A DNA stretch of 64,000 nucleotides, from positions 126,978,001 through 127,042,000 of the forward strand of contig NW_024704742.1 of assembly GCF_018977255.1 (NCBI RefSeq). Direction: 5' to 3'. Position 1 is the first letter of the stretch. Every line of letters starts with the position of its first letter. Position numbers and translations under genes: made by a program. This stretch comes from Callorhinchus milii (Eukaryota). The notes beneath the pieces are model-generated. The model did not search any database, was not told where the DNA came from, and was given only the letters and a program-made list of their open reading frames with translations. Shown here one piece after another: positions 27,002-39,040 of this stretch.

Positions 27002-27996
27002 CAACAACAACAACATTCCATTTGTATAGTACCTTTCACATCAGGAGGACGTCCCAAGGCACTGGACAATCAGTGTTTCGGACCCAAACTGGAGTTTGGG
27101 ATCAGGGAGAGTGGAGGGCAGTGGGGGAAGGAGGGTGCCTGATGGCACGGTCGAAGAGGAGGATCTTGAGACGGGTCTTGAAGGAGGCAAGGGAGGGGGC
27201 AAGGTGGAGGGACTGCGGTATGGAGTTCCAGAGGGTGGGGGTAGAAGTGCAACAGCCCGCCTGCCCATTAATGGTGAGGAGGGTGATGTGGGGGACGAGA
27301 AGCAGGCCGGAGCCCCTTGAGCGGAGGAGCGGGCAGGTTGGTAGGGGGTTAGAAGATCGCAGAGGTAGGAGGCAGCAAGACCATGGAGAGCTTTGAAAGC
27401 GTGGTCCAGGATCTTGAACTGTATCAACTGTGTGATGGGAAGCCAGTGGAGTCGGGCGAGAATGGGAGTGATAGGGTCGCGGAGCCTGATGCGGGATAAG
27501 AGATGGCCTGCAGAGTTCTGGATGATCTGCAGCCTATGGAGGGAGCAGTTGGGGGGGAGCTTGCATAATCAAGCCTGAAAATTATGAATGAGTGTATGAG
27601 GATCTCGGAGGCCTGCGGTGTGAAACAGTGGTGGAGCCGGGCGATGTTGCGGAGGTGGGGGAAGGCAGAGCGGGTCATAGCACGGATGTGGGGCAGGAAG
27701 GATAGTTGAGGGTCAAACAAAACGCCAAGCTTCCGGACTGGCTTAGTGAGGTGGAGTGTGCACCCTTGGATGGTGACGCTGTCAGTGCCCGAGGTATGGA
27801 GGCGCTGATGGGAGCCAATCGGGGGGCCTCAGTCAACTGGAGAAAGTTAGCTCTCATTCAGGACTTGATGTCTGACAGACAATCCATCATGACATCAGTG
27901 GTCCTGTTGTTGAGGGTGGAGGCAGAGAGATAGAGTTGGGTGTCATCCATACACATGTGTAAATTGACCCCATGTCTGCAGATGATGTCACCAAGA
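27002..27996 (-). mobile_element. L2 fragment
   Basis: IQFKILDHAFKALHGLA and FDPQLSFLPHIR; (CAA)n tail. Confidence 0.92.
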
Positions 27997-28092
27997 GGAT
28001 AAAATACCTGACTTATCAAAAATATTTTAGGCATGCTGTGTTGAGTGCTGAACGACTATGTGCCTCAATGTTAAGACTGACAACCCCTACCC

Positions 28093-28727
28093 CCGACGCA
28101 TCGCCCATCTCCGCCAATACCTCTCCCCAAAAGCCGCTGAAACCCTGCTCCATGCCTTTGACAGCTCTCAGCTGGACTATTCTAACGCCCTCCTCACCGG
28201 TCTCCCATCCACTACCATCCATAAAATCCAGATCATTCAAAACTCTGCCGCCCGCATTCTCACCCGCACAAAACTCTGCTCCCCGATTACCCCAGTCCTT
28301 GCCAGACTGCACTGGCTGCCTATCTCAGAGAGGATCGATTTCAAGATCCTCACCCTTGTATTCAAGTCCCTGCACTCCTCTGCACCTCCCTACCTCTCTG
28401 ACCTCCTCTCTCCTCAAAACAGTACCCGTTGCCTCCGTTCCTCTGGGGCTGGCCTCCTCCTCGTCCCCCGAGTCCTCCGCTCCACCCTCGGCAGCCGTGC
28501 CTTCAGTCACTATGCCTCGAGGCTCTGGAACTGCCTTCCTCACTCACTTTGTCTCGCTCCCTCCTTTCCCATTTTCAGGTCTCTGCTGAAGACCTTTCTC
28601 TTCGGCCGCACCTTCAATCACCTTCCTCCCCCTCCTCCTGGCTCGGTCCCAGGATCCGTTACTGTAAAGCGCTCTGAAACGCCGTCTGGCGTGGAAGGCG
28701 CTATATAAATCCAAGTTGTTGTTGTTG
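28093..28727 (+). mobile_element. L2 3' fragment, young, ORF2 C-terminus still open
   Basis: ORF 28058..28708 LDYSNALLTGLP...LHWLPISERIDFKIL; (TTG)n tail. Confidence 0.95.
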
Positions 28728-31269
28728 CAGCTCATATTGACCAAATGAAACAATTGTCCACATCAGCCAAAACAAACTCTTAAAGAGTTAACAATACTCA
28801 ACAAGCTTGTTCTCTGAAAACCTTTGGATTTGGGAAGCAAAGTTTTCCTAGCCCATTCATATTAGTAATAGATAATCTAGAAAAGCTAGATTTGTTAAAG
28901 TATAATTAGGGGATACTTTTTGTTTAAAACCTTTCATCAACATAAATAGGCAAAAAAAAATCTGGAAAAAAAATCTATAATTTTCTTTTGGCGGGGAGGA
29001 AGAGGACCAACTGTGCTTCAGAGACCAACTGTGAACAGAGCAATGGTGCACAGGTGAACTCAGAGCTGCCGCAGTTGTGCATAACTTGCCTCAGGACATG
29101 TTCTTGGGAGGCCAAGTATATTGCTTGACATCAGAAATGTATGCATTTGTTGTTGCCTCTGAGAGTGAAAAGAGCCGTTTTGAGTTGGGCTGTGAAAAAG
29201 GTTTGGTGTTTCTGCCTACCTTCAACAAATGCACAAAACATTGGCAGATTTCTACCTTTTTTTTGATCAAGCTTTTGCCCTCCAAGAAGTGGAGGTTGGA
29301 AAGTCCCCATGTTTATATACAATTTTAATTATCCTTAAATGTCATTAAGTGCATTCATTCTCCAGTGGGGGAATATTCAGGTAAATATTGCCACGGCTCA
29401 GTTGGGTTGCTTAATAGCTCACACTTGGAAGGGGATGGGGGGAGAGAGAAATTCAAGGAAGTCTTATTCATCCGCACAAAGCACTTCAACTGTCAACTTG
29501 ACAATCATTGAAAACTCAGTGCTTCTCAGGAGAGTCCCACTCTTCCAATTAAAGGATGGCAGATGCGAGAGGGAAAATAAAGAATTTAATGAAAATGGAA
29601 AAAGTCGATTGAAAAATAGGTATTGGCATGACAGTAAAATCAGCAAAACATTCAGCTAAAAAACACAGCAGCATATTCAAGCTGGTAAAACACTGGATAG
29701 TGTAATTCTGACCACTAGAACTAATCCAGCTACGTGAAGTATATTTGAACCCAGATTCAACTCAGAAACAAATGAGAGCAGTGGCAATTGGGGTCTTTCT
29801 GTCGCTCTATTGGAACTGGGGCCTCATGAATAGGTTTCTACATTATACAGTAAAACTCACCTTAGTCATATCAGTCGGAACCATGACATTTACACAAAAT
29901 CCGAATTGCAAGCAAACTTGTATAAATCGTTTAAAATCCAATTTAATCAATAATGTCCACTGTGCATTTGTGATTCAGTGTAGCCAGTAAGTGTGCATGC
30001 GGTACTTTGTCACTGCAGCTGGTCAGCACCTTGGGATGTCCTCCTGACGTGAAAGGCACAATACAAATGTAAGTTGTTGTTGTAACCGTGCACACAGTGA
30101 CAGGTCAAGACAGGTTAAGTTTAAAGGCACCAACCTTCCTTTTGCTAGTCAATGTTTCATGCTTTTCTAAATCATAACATCAAACTTGTAGGCTAACTTC
30201 TTCTGTATTCTCAGAAGTTAGCAGAAATTTCCATTCAGGTTGAAACCAATAATACGGTATCCAGACATTTTACTTTCTTGAGTGCACACATGCAAGTTAA
30301 GATGACCCAGAAACACAAATCTGCCCTCTCTGTAGGCCCAATAAGTCATTCTTACCCTGAACAAAAACTAATTGGGTCATTCTTGAAAGTCACCAGAAAT
30401 AGAAAAAAATAATCAGAATCCTGGGAATCATGTCAGATGTAAATCAAATCAACACCACTCATTTTAACAGTGGATTCAGTGCCACCTTTATGGTAAAGAA
30501 AATCATTAAGACTTTCTACCAGTACAAATCATTAATTACTGCAGCTTGGGCTATGCCAACCAAAACAAAACTATTCTAAGCTTTATTCAAACTTCATTTA
30601 CATTTCCCCAAGGTGGCCACCTTATTCCTTTGTGTGTGTATGAAGTAAGTTAATTAGAAATATCCAAGGACAGAGATCCACGACTCCAACAAATACATCA
30701 ATCTTACAAGCGTCAGCAACTTATGTTGATTTATTTTATTGCATAAAAGTGTTTACCCAAGCTTCGTTTACATCACCATAGAGATGGTTGGCACACAGGC
30801 TTCAGCAAAACACGTGTCCTGAATTCATTGCATATCTGACCTATCAAACATTTGGATTAGATACACATCTAAGGCGCTGCAGAGAAATTAAACCTGAACA
30901 ACAGGTGAAATCTCTCAAGAAAATAAACATATTTGCATGATGTTTTCCTTCTGTTTGAGTTTTATTAAAGCATTTCTTGTATTATATAAAATGCACAACA
31001 CAACAATTGCCAAAACCTTGAACAAACTAAATCACAATAATGATTTTATGCACCACAGTCAAGAGGCTGAATAGTACAGCTCAGATACCATAAAAGATTA
31101 ACTGCAGGGGAACACTGAGGTTGAAAAAGCGCCCAGCGGAAACACTGCAGTTAGAATAGCACCTTGACACACCTCAAGACAAAGTGTAAGTTCTGCAAGG
31201 TTCCTCACATGTGAAATCCTGACCCATGGGAACTTGATTCTGATGCCTTTTCAGCATTGAATAATCCCA

Positions 31270-31650
31270 CTTCTGAGTCAGATTATGTAATCAATTAAGT
31301 TGTACGTTGAGCTTAATCTAGGCTCACAACCAATGCAGTCCTGGGGGAGCAATGGGTAGTGGAGTGTGGCACCTCTTCAGATGAGATATTAAATTAAGGC
31401 CCCATTTTCCTGTTCAGGTGGATGTTAAAGGTCCATGGCATTACTCAAATAAAGGAATTGTTTCCATGTTTTAGCCCAAAATCCCCAAAATAATATTAGT
31501 CATTCACTTCAAGGCTGTTTGTGGGACATGGCAATGAGCAAACTGGTTGCAACATATACTTACAAAATACATGGTCACTATATTCTACAATAAATGCTTG
31601 TGAAGCTCTTTGAGACTTTAGGTGATGTGGTAAGGCAACCTATGAATTGC
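31270..31650 (+). mobile_element. Old Deu-domain SINE
   Basis: cttcagatgagatattaaattaaggccc...caggtggatgttaaagg and ggctgtttgtgggac. Confidence 0.7.
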
Positions 31651-32002
31651 TAGGATCATTATTATTGCCTTTGCGTTTTCTCCGAATTTTTCAACCATTA
31701 ATCCGACTCCATTATTCACAAGCTGCAACTCATCGAAACTTCTGCGCCCACATTCTCACTCGCACCAAGGTCCGCACACCGTCACCTGGCAAGAGTGACG
31801 GTGTGCAACAACAACAACTTGCATTTATATAGCGCCCATCACACAGGGTAAAGTCCCAGAGAACTGCAGTACTCGTCAGGCTCCACCGTCTCCTTCTTGA
31901 TAAATTTCAAGGTCCTCACCCTCACTTACAAATCCATTCACAGCCTGACACTTCCTTATCTTCTCCTACCCTATTCCTTCTCCTCTCAAACCCTGCCAAA
32001 AC

Positions 32003-32993
32003 TACAACAACTTGCACTTATATAGTACCCTCCACGCAAGGCAGCGTCTCAGAATGCTTAACAGTGGCGGAGCCTGACTCCAAGCCCGGGTGGGTGGGGG
32101 GGGAGGTAGTTGTAAGCACGGTCAAAGAGCAAGGTTTTCAGGTGGGTCTTGTAAAAGGGGAAAGTGGGGGCAAGGTGGAGGGACTGAGGGAGAGTGTTCC
32201 AGAGTTTCGGGGTGTAGTGACTGAAAGCGCGACCTCCAATGGTGGGGCAAAGGATGTGAGGGACAAGCAGTAGGCCGATGACAGTTGAGCGGAGGCACCA
32301 GGTGGTGGATTGGGGAGTGAGGAGGCCAGAGAGGTAGGGAGGTGCCAGAGAGTGAAGGGATTTGAACACAAATGTGAGGTTCTTGAAGTCGATCCATTCG
32401 GTGATGGGGAGCCAGTGGAGCCTGACCTGAACTGGTGTAATGTGGGTATGGAGTTTGGTCTGGGTCAGTATGCAGGTGGCAGAGTTCTGAACAAGCTGGA
32501 TCTTTTCAATAGTGGAGCTGGGGAGACCGGCAAGTAGTGCGTTTGAGTAATCCAAGCGGGAGGTCACAAACGTACGCACGAGGGTTTCAGCTGCATTCGG
32601 GGTAAGGTATGGACGGAGGCAGGCAATGTGGTGCAGATGGAAGAAGGTAATCCTGGTCAGAGAATGGATGTGGGGGGGGGAAGGACACCTGGGGGTCAAA
32701 CCGGATTGCCTATATTGCGCACTGGTTTGGTGAGTCTGAGGGAGAGCCCAGGGAGGTTGAGGAGTTTAGATTCACAGGAGTGAAGACGTTGATGGGAGCC
32801 AAGGAGTATGGTTTCCGTCCTGTCCACATTCAGCTTCAGGAAGTTTACTCTCATCAAGGTGCTGATGTCTGCCAGACAAGCTGATAAAACACTGGTGGAA
32901 CTGGAGTTGGTACTGGAGGAGGCAAAGTAGATTTGTGTGTCATCCGCATACATGTGGAAATTTACCCCGTGTCTGTGGATGACATTGCCCAGA
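32003..32993 (-). mobile_element. L2 fragment including the RT YADD motif
   Basis: [10 protein letters not shown] (ORF 32696..32953) and ORF 32058..32699. Confidence 0.95.
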
Positions 32994-33353
32994 AGGATGT
33001 CACTTAACTAACTTGTGTTTGCTGCATTCCCATTCTCTCTGTGTTACCAAGCTTTGGCTTTAACCCCTACGCTCCTAATCTCTGGAATTCTCTCCCTTTA
33101 TCCCTCGGTATCCCCCACCTCCCCCCACCCCACAGACACACACTTCTTTTCATCTCAAGTCCAACCTCAAAAACTACATCTTTGAATGCACCTATGATCA
33201 CTTTCCCTCTTGCTCAGCATCTAACCCAGTCTTTATAAATCATTCCAAAACATTACCTCACGTGGAAGGTGCTATATGAATGCAAGTAACAGTTGCAGTA
33301 ATGATGGATACAGATCCCTCAGCAAGCAATGAAGCTGACAAGTTAGAAAAGAA

Positions 33354-34072
33354 AACAACAACAAAATTACATTTGTACAGCGCCTTTCACGTCAGGAAGA
33401 TATCCCAAGGCGCTGGACAGACAGAGTTACGGACCCGAGCTGAGGGTCGGGGTGGAGGAGGGTGGAGGCCAGGGAGGAAAGCAGAGAGATCAAAAGCACG
33501 GTCGAAGAGGAGGGTCTTGAGATGGGTTTGAAGATGAGGAAGGGGGCGAGATGGAAGGACTGCAGGATGGAGTTCGAGGGGATGGGGGCAGAGTGGCAGA
33601 AGGCCCGCCCGCCGATAGTGGGGCGAACAAGGCAGGGAACGTGAAGCAGGCTGGAGCCCGTTGAGCGGAGGGAGCGAACAGGGTGGTATGGGGTCAGGAG
33701 GTCGAAGAGGTAAGGGGGAGCAAGACCGTGGACTGCTTTGAAGGTGAGGACCAGGATCTTGAACTGTATCCTCTGTGTGATGGGAAGCCAGTGGAGTTGG
33801 GCAGGGATAGGGGTGATAACGTCACTAGCAAGCCCTAGTGCAGGAGAGGACACAGGCTGCAGAGTTCTGGAAGATCCGCAGCCAGTGGAGGAAGGAGTTG
33901 GGGAGGCCGACAAGCAGTGAGTTTGCATAATCGAGCCTTGATGTAATGAAGGCATGTATGAGGGTTTCGGCGGCCTGCGGTCTGAGACAGTGTCGGAGCC
34001 GGGCGATGTTGCGGAGGTGGGGGAAGGCAGAGCACCATATGGCGCAGAAGTGAGGTAGAAAGGATAGTTGAG
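33354..34072 (-). mobile_element. L2 3' fragment
   Basis: AFITSRLDYANSLLVGLP and LHWLPITQRIQFKIL; tail present. Confidence 0.93.
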
Positions 34073-36246
34073 AGAAAACACTCAAAACAATTGTTGTTAA
34101 TCGTCCTGTGAGCATAAATACAATTAGACTAATGGTCGCTATCCTCCATTATTCATAATTTGCCAAAACAAAGTAAAATTGACAATCAAAATATGTCAAA
34201 TTATAGTTCTTTGAGTTTAAAGTAAGAAACTTTACTTAACTCATACAGCATAAGCATGCACCCTCCAGGTGACAAAACCTTAAAATGAGTTTCTTTAGGA
34301 ATTTTGTAAAGGTCCTGAATGCATTCTTCTGGTCATATCTCACAGTAAGAAATAATCTAGGTTTTACAGAGAGTAAATGGGGCATGTCAGTTTTTAACAG
34401 TGACTGAAATAGGCAGAAATATACATCATATTGTCTGCTCTAGAGACATATTATAGATCGACTAAGAATAACAAAAGGTCTAGCATCAGTCACGTGCCGT
34501 AATGAAGGGAATGTATGGTATCATTTGTTATTGCTCGATTTTCTTTAAAAGGTAATTTGATAAATTGCTCCCAACAACTGTTCTGCATGAAGCTCATTAA
34601 CATTAATGAATTCTTCTTCATCCAACAGCAATAACTGTGAAGATTAATTGCTTATTTCATTAAAACAATTCTTGAAAGGCCACCCTGTAGCAGTGACCAG
34701 AATTGCTAGATATGTCCAGTTAACCACCTCTAAATTCACAGTAAATTTATTGAGGATTTAATGGGCTGACAAACCAGTTCACACAAAATTGTATTCTGCT
34801 AGAAATGATTATGCTGCACTTACTTCAGGATCAAAGTTCACATTCTAATTAGATTTTGAATAAACTTTTACTCTATATTTATTCACCTTTCATGTACTAT
34901 GAATAGCAGTTTACAAGATTATCTTATAATGTTTGTCCTGATGCCTTTAATTGGTTGATGGGTCAGTTTCTTAAGCGCTTTGTGATCAATCAACTCATCA
35001 TATTGTAGCAAAGAACAAGTGGTAGAGATCAGAAAAAGAGATCATATTTGTTTTTGCCAAAATTTAGGTCATAAGCTCAGCACAAATTGGCATACAGTCA
35101 GGTTTATGAAGAGATTTTTTTAAAAAACACCAGGAAGTATTTTTCTGCCCAGAAGATAATCAACAGCTGGAAGATTAGGAGGACGGGTGAACTCATCTCC
35201 AAAACAGTCTGCTGCTGTAATAGGAAGACCTTTTTGTTTTATCCTTTATCCATTTGATCTCAAAGTTTCAGAATACCAACAAACAATCTTGTGATTGTTA
35301 ATTTTTTTTAACTAATGAAATTAGATTTAGCACCCTTAGCCTCTATTCTGTTACCAATCTTAGATTCTAAAATGAAGAACCTTCTTTTACATCTTTCTGT
35401 AAATCCTTTCACTTTTGTTTCCAAACTATGGTGAGCAAACAAGGAGGTGGGGGAAGGAGGTCACTTGGATGTTTTACCTTCTCTTTCCATTGAATTTCAG
35501 AAATGATATCTGAGGAGTTTATTCGGTCCATTGTTCCCAAACTGATGTCAACTCATCTGTTTTTATGGGGGGAGGGGGGTTGTCAATCAGTGTCTGACAC
35601 ATGTGGAAACCCATCACTATGCTTAAGAGTATCAAAACCAAATTGCAAATCCTATGCATCCCATCAACACATGGGCATTCCAGAGATATTTATTTGAATA
35701 GAATGCGCACTCTCTGCCTAATTCCGGAAAATATCAGGCGCAGGTTGACACAAACCAGCGCTTAGGGACTCCAGAGTGTAACTCATCCACCGGAAGTGAC
35801 TTTTCTTATCTCAAATGCTGTTTTATATCCTTCATCAAATGTTAATCCAATTCCTTATTAAAACGTTATGTTCTCAGCCTCAACAACCACTTGTGGCAAA
35901 CATTTCCATTCTGATAAATCTCTGGGTGAAAGTTTCTTCGAACCTCCCCCCTTAACTCTGCCAATGACAATCCAGCAATAATTCTCCTTTTGTTACTAAT
36001 TTATTGACTTCTCTCAGAACATCAAGTAGAGTGCATAATCGTGTGTGACCTCATGAATGTTTTATGGAGTGTCAGGATCACTTTCATGAACATATCACTT
36101 TAGTTACTCACTCCAATATTTAATTTTAATTTATTCAATACTGCAATAACTCTTTCAATGTTTTGTCAACCTATACATCCTAATGTCGGTTTCCTAGTAC
36201 AAATTTATTTCAACATATACTTCAGATTCTACAATTATCGCTTTCC

Positions 36247-36945
36247 AGGGATAATAACTCCTTAGAAATATTTGGGTCACTCAATCCACGACTCTGGTGT
36301 GCAATTGGATGCCACATTTGGCCCACACAATACACAATATATTCTGTGAAGCACTTTGAAACATTTATATAAAATGCTATATCAAATGCAAGAATTATTA
36401 TTATATTTAATATGTATTTACCCTACATTTCTCTGTTTAAATGCCTAAAATTCAACTGTCTTGGAGAAGCCAGTGCAGTGCCATCTAACATTTCTCTATC
36501 ATCTCCCCTTAGTAGATAATAATAAGAATCTCTGCATTTAATATGGCGCCTTATCACGTCATTGAGACATCTCAAAGAACATCACTTGTAAAGTGGATTG
36601 ACTATGTTTTATAGATGAAAAGTGAAGGCCAATCGTACACAGCAGTGTCCCACAAACAGTCGTGGATTGAGTGACCAAATAATTTTTTGGGTGAGCGGGG
36701 AGGGATTATTACCCGAGAAACGAATCTCGGTTGCAAGGCATGTGCACAAGCCATCCCACAATATATTAAATAATAATAGTAATCTTTGCATTTGATATAG
36801 CGCTTTTCACTTCTTGTAGACGTCTCAAAGTGCTTCACAGAATATACTGTAAAGTGAATTGATTGTATATTTGTGGGCGAAACGTGGCAACCAATTGCGC
36901 ACAGCAGTGTCCCATAAACAGTCGTGGATTGAGTGACCAAATTGT
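36247..36945. mobile_element. Cluster of three truncated (ATT)n SINEs (+ 36247-36403; - 36517-36720; - 36769-36945)
   Basis: Repeated ggtcactcaatccacgac or its reverse complement, each with a tail. Confidence 0.85.
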
Positions 36946-37542
36946 TATTGTTTTTATGTATTAAAACCTAGCGCATACCCTGTAAATACATTCTTTTAAA
37001 AATAAAATTCTACTTCTCCCTCTAATATTTATACACAAACATGTTTGCCCTTCATGGCCACTAACCAGTGCAGGTTTGTCTGGGAACAGACTTCCCAGCA
37101 CTGGGCAAGATCAAACCAATCAATCATTGAGAGAAATTTAAAATGCAGAAAAATATTTCAAGATATCCTGCAATAATTTCTAATAACACACTTCACGTAT
37201 AACAATAAACTGTAAAAGTCTCTGAGACAAAAAAATCTAAAATCCATTCAATTCAGAATGGGGGGTGGAATGAGAGCAGTTGTAGCTGTGGAACTTGAAC
37301 TCCTATTCATTGGGAGTTAACCACTACACCAATTACACACCTCAACCTGTATTTATTTGTGTAATTAAAATCTGTCCATTTCCATCATCTCCCAAATGGA
37401 GCCCATGACACTTGACCCCATCCGTACCCCTCTCCTTACTTCCACCCTCTTGCCTTCTTACTAATTGACATCATCAACCTCTGTCCGCTGGCAACTGTTC
37501 ACACCCCCTTAAAATCAACCCCCATTCTCAAAAAAAACTTTT

Positions 37543-37852
37543 GATTCCAGGCAGGGTGAAACGTTGGGTAAGTTTCCTTACTCCACACGCCTCTGTTTAT
37601 CTAGCAGAAGTTGGAACCAAATTGTTAGTAAATTGGCGGATTGTTTTTCCGGGGGTAATAATTCCTTAAAAAAAAAATAATTTGCTCACTCAATCCACAA
37701 CTGTTTGTGGAGCCAAACTCAGCAATTCGCTGCTGCATTTCACCTACAAATATACAGTATACTCTTTACAGTATACTCTGTGAAGCGCTTTGAGACATCT
37801 CGGAGACGTGATAAGGCGCGATATCAAATGCAAGGATTATTATTATTATTAT
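37543..37852 (+). mobile_element. (ATT)n SINE, long form, head truncated
   Basis: Contains ccacacgcctctgtttatctagcag...ttgttagt...ttttccggg, absent from the short form. Confidence 0.85.
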
Positions 37853-38354
37853 TTGCTTTATGAAGTCTGTGCTGGTGTTTTCCTCCCTTGAGCCATTAAA
37901 TATAATACACCTCTCCTGTTCACTTCCCATACCGTCATCAGCAACTTGCATTTTGTATACAACAACTTGCACTTATATAGGGACCTCCACGCAGGCTAGC
38001 ATCTCATATAGCATCCATCACACATCCCAAAGTGTTTGAAATATTGAATTGATCAGTTTTAATTCTCCTTTAAAATAAATTGACTGCAAAAGCTAAGAAT
38101 AGATAAAGATAGCACAAACACACACACATTAATTTTAAGCAACACCATGCATCAAAAACGGGTTAACTTACAAAGTACTAGGGCCACAGTTTCAGACGCT
38201 GTATGGCCTTACTTGAAATTCAAGCTTCTTGTAAAAAAAAACTAATCAAACAAAATAAAAGGAAGGAAAGCACAACCTCTTGTGCTGATACAGATGTTGG
38301 TCAGAAACACTGTTGTGCAGCAAGACTGCAAATAAGGAATTTGATATCCAATAA

Positions 38355-38360
38355 TTTATT
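38355..38360 (-). promoter_or_regulatory. Putative polyadenylation signal AATAAA
   Basis: About 145 nt after the stop codon of the candidate terminal exon. Confidence 0.35.
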
Positions 38361-38502
38361 CACTGTGAGTGCTTGTACTGAACAACATAAGAAAGCTAAA
38401 TATTTCACCACTGAATCATTCGAAAGAAAAGTTTTCCTCCTCAAAGGGAACAAAAACATTCTGCAAAAATACTGAATTGCAAACAAAATATCAATCAATT
38501 CT

Positions 38503-38576
38503 CTATTCCTCCTTTTGGTTAACGTTTTCAGACTTTTTGGGGGGTTTCTCCAGCTCCTTCTTTACACCCCTCCCTC
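38503..38576 (-). CDS. Candidate coding part of a terminal exon (phase 1: GRGVKKELEKPPKKSENVNQKEE*)
   Basis: Acceptor ctctgcctttcctgccttag|GAGGGAGGGG; purine-rich open frame to TAG; U-rich UTR-like sequence then AATAAA at 38355-38360 on the minus strand. Confidence 0.5.
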
Positions 38577-38936
38577 CTAAGGCAGGAAAGGCAGAGCATA
38601 GCAATCCAGATCATATCTGAACAATTTATACTAAGTTTTTTCAATCAAATTGTACTGTATGATTCCTGGAGATTCTGGTAGTAAATGACATCCTCATAAA
38701 CAAAGATAGGAGTAAAGTAGCTGTTTTTACCCGTCTGCCTCTGAACCTCAGTCCCCACAATCATCATGTGGCACAACAGCCCGAGTTTATGTCAACCTTC
38801 ATTTATCTTAATGTTTAGGCAGACATGGAATACAAACTCAAGAACACACAAGCAAAGAAATGTAAAGCAATAAAAAGTGACTCCGAAAAATCAAAGTGCA
38901 GTGATAGAGACAAAGAACATGCAGAGTTGCTTATAG

Positions 38937-39040
38937 TCGCCCGCAAAATATACAGTCAATTCACTTTACAGTATATTCCGTGAAGCGCTTTGAGACGTCG
39001 CCAAGACATGATAAGGCGCTTTATCAAATGTAAGGATTAT
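38937..39040 (+). mobile_element. (ATT)n SINE 3' fragment
   Basis: tatacagtcaattcactttacagtatatt...atcaaatgtaaggattatt. Confidence 0.8.

Noticed and set aside
30345..30370. tttttgttcag-G-gtaag on the minus strand as a recursive site or 1-nt exon
   Set aside because: Short pyrimidine tract and not a direct AG|GT junction
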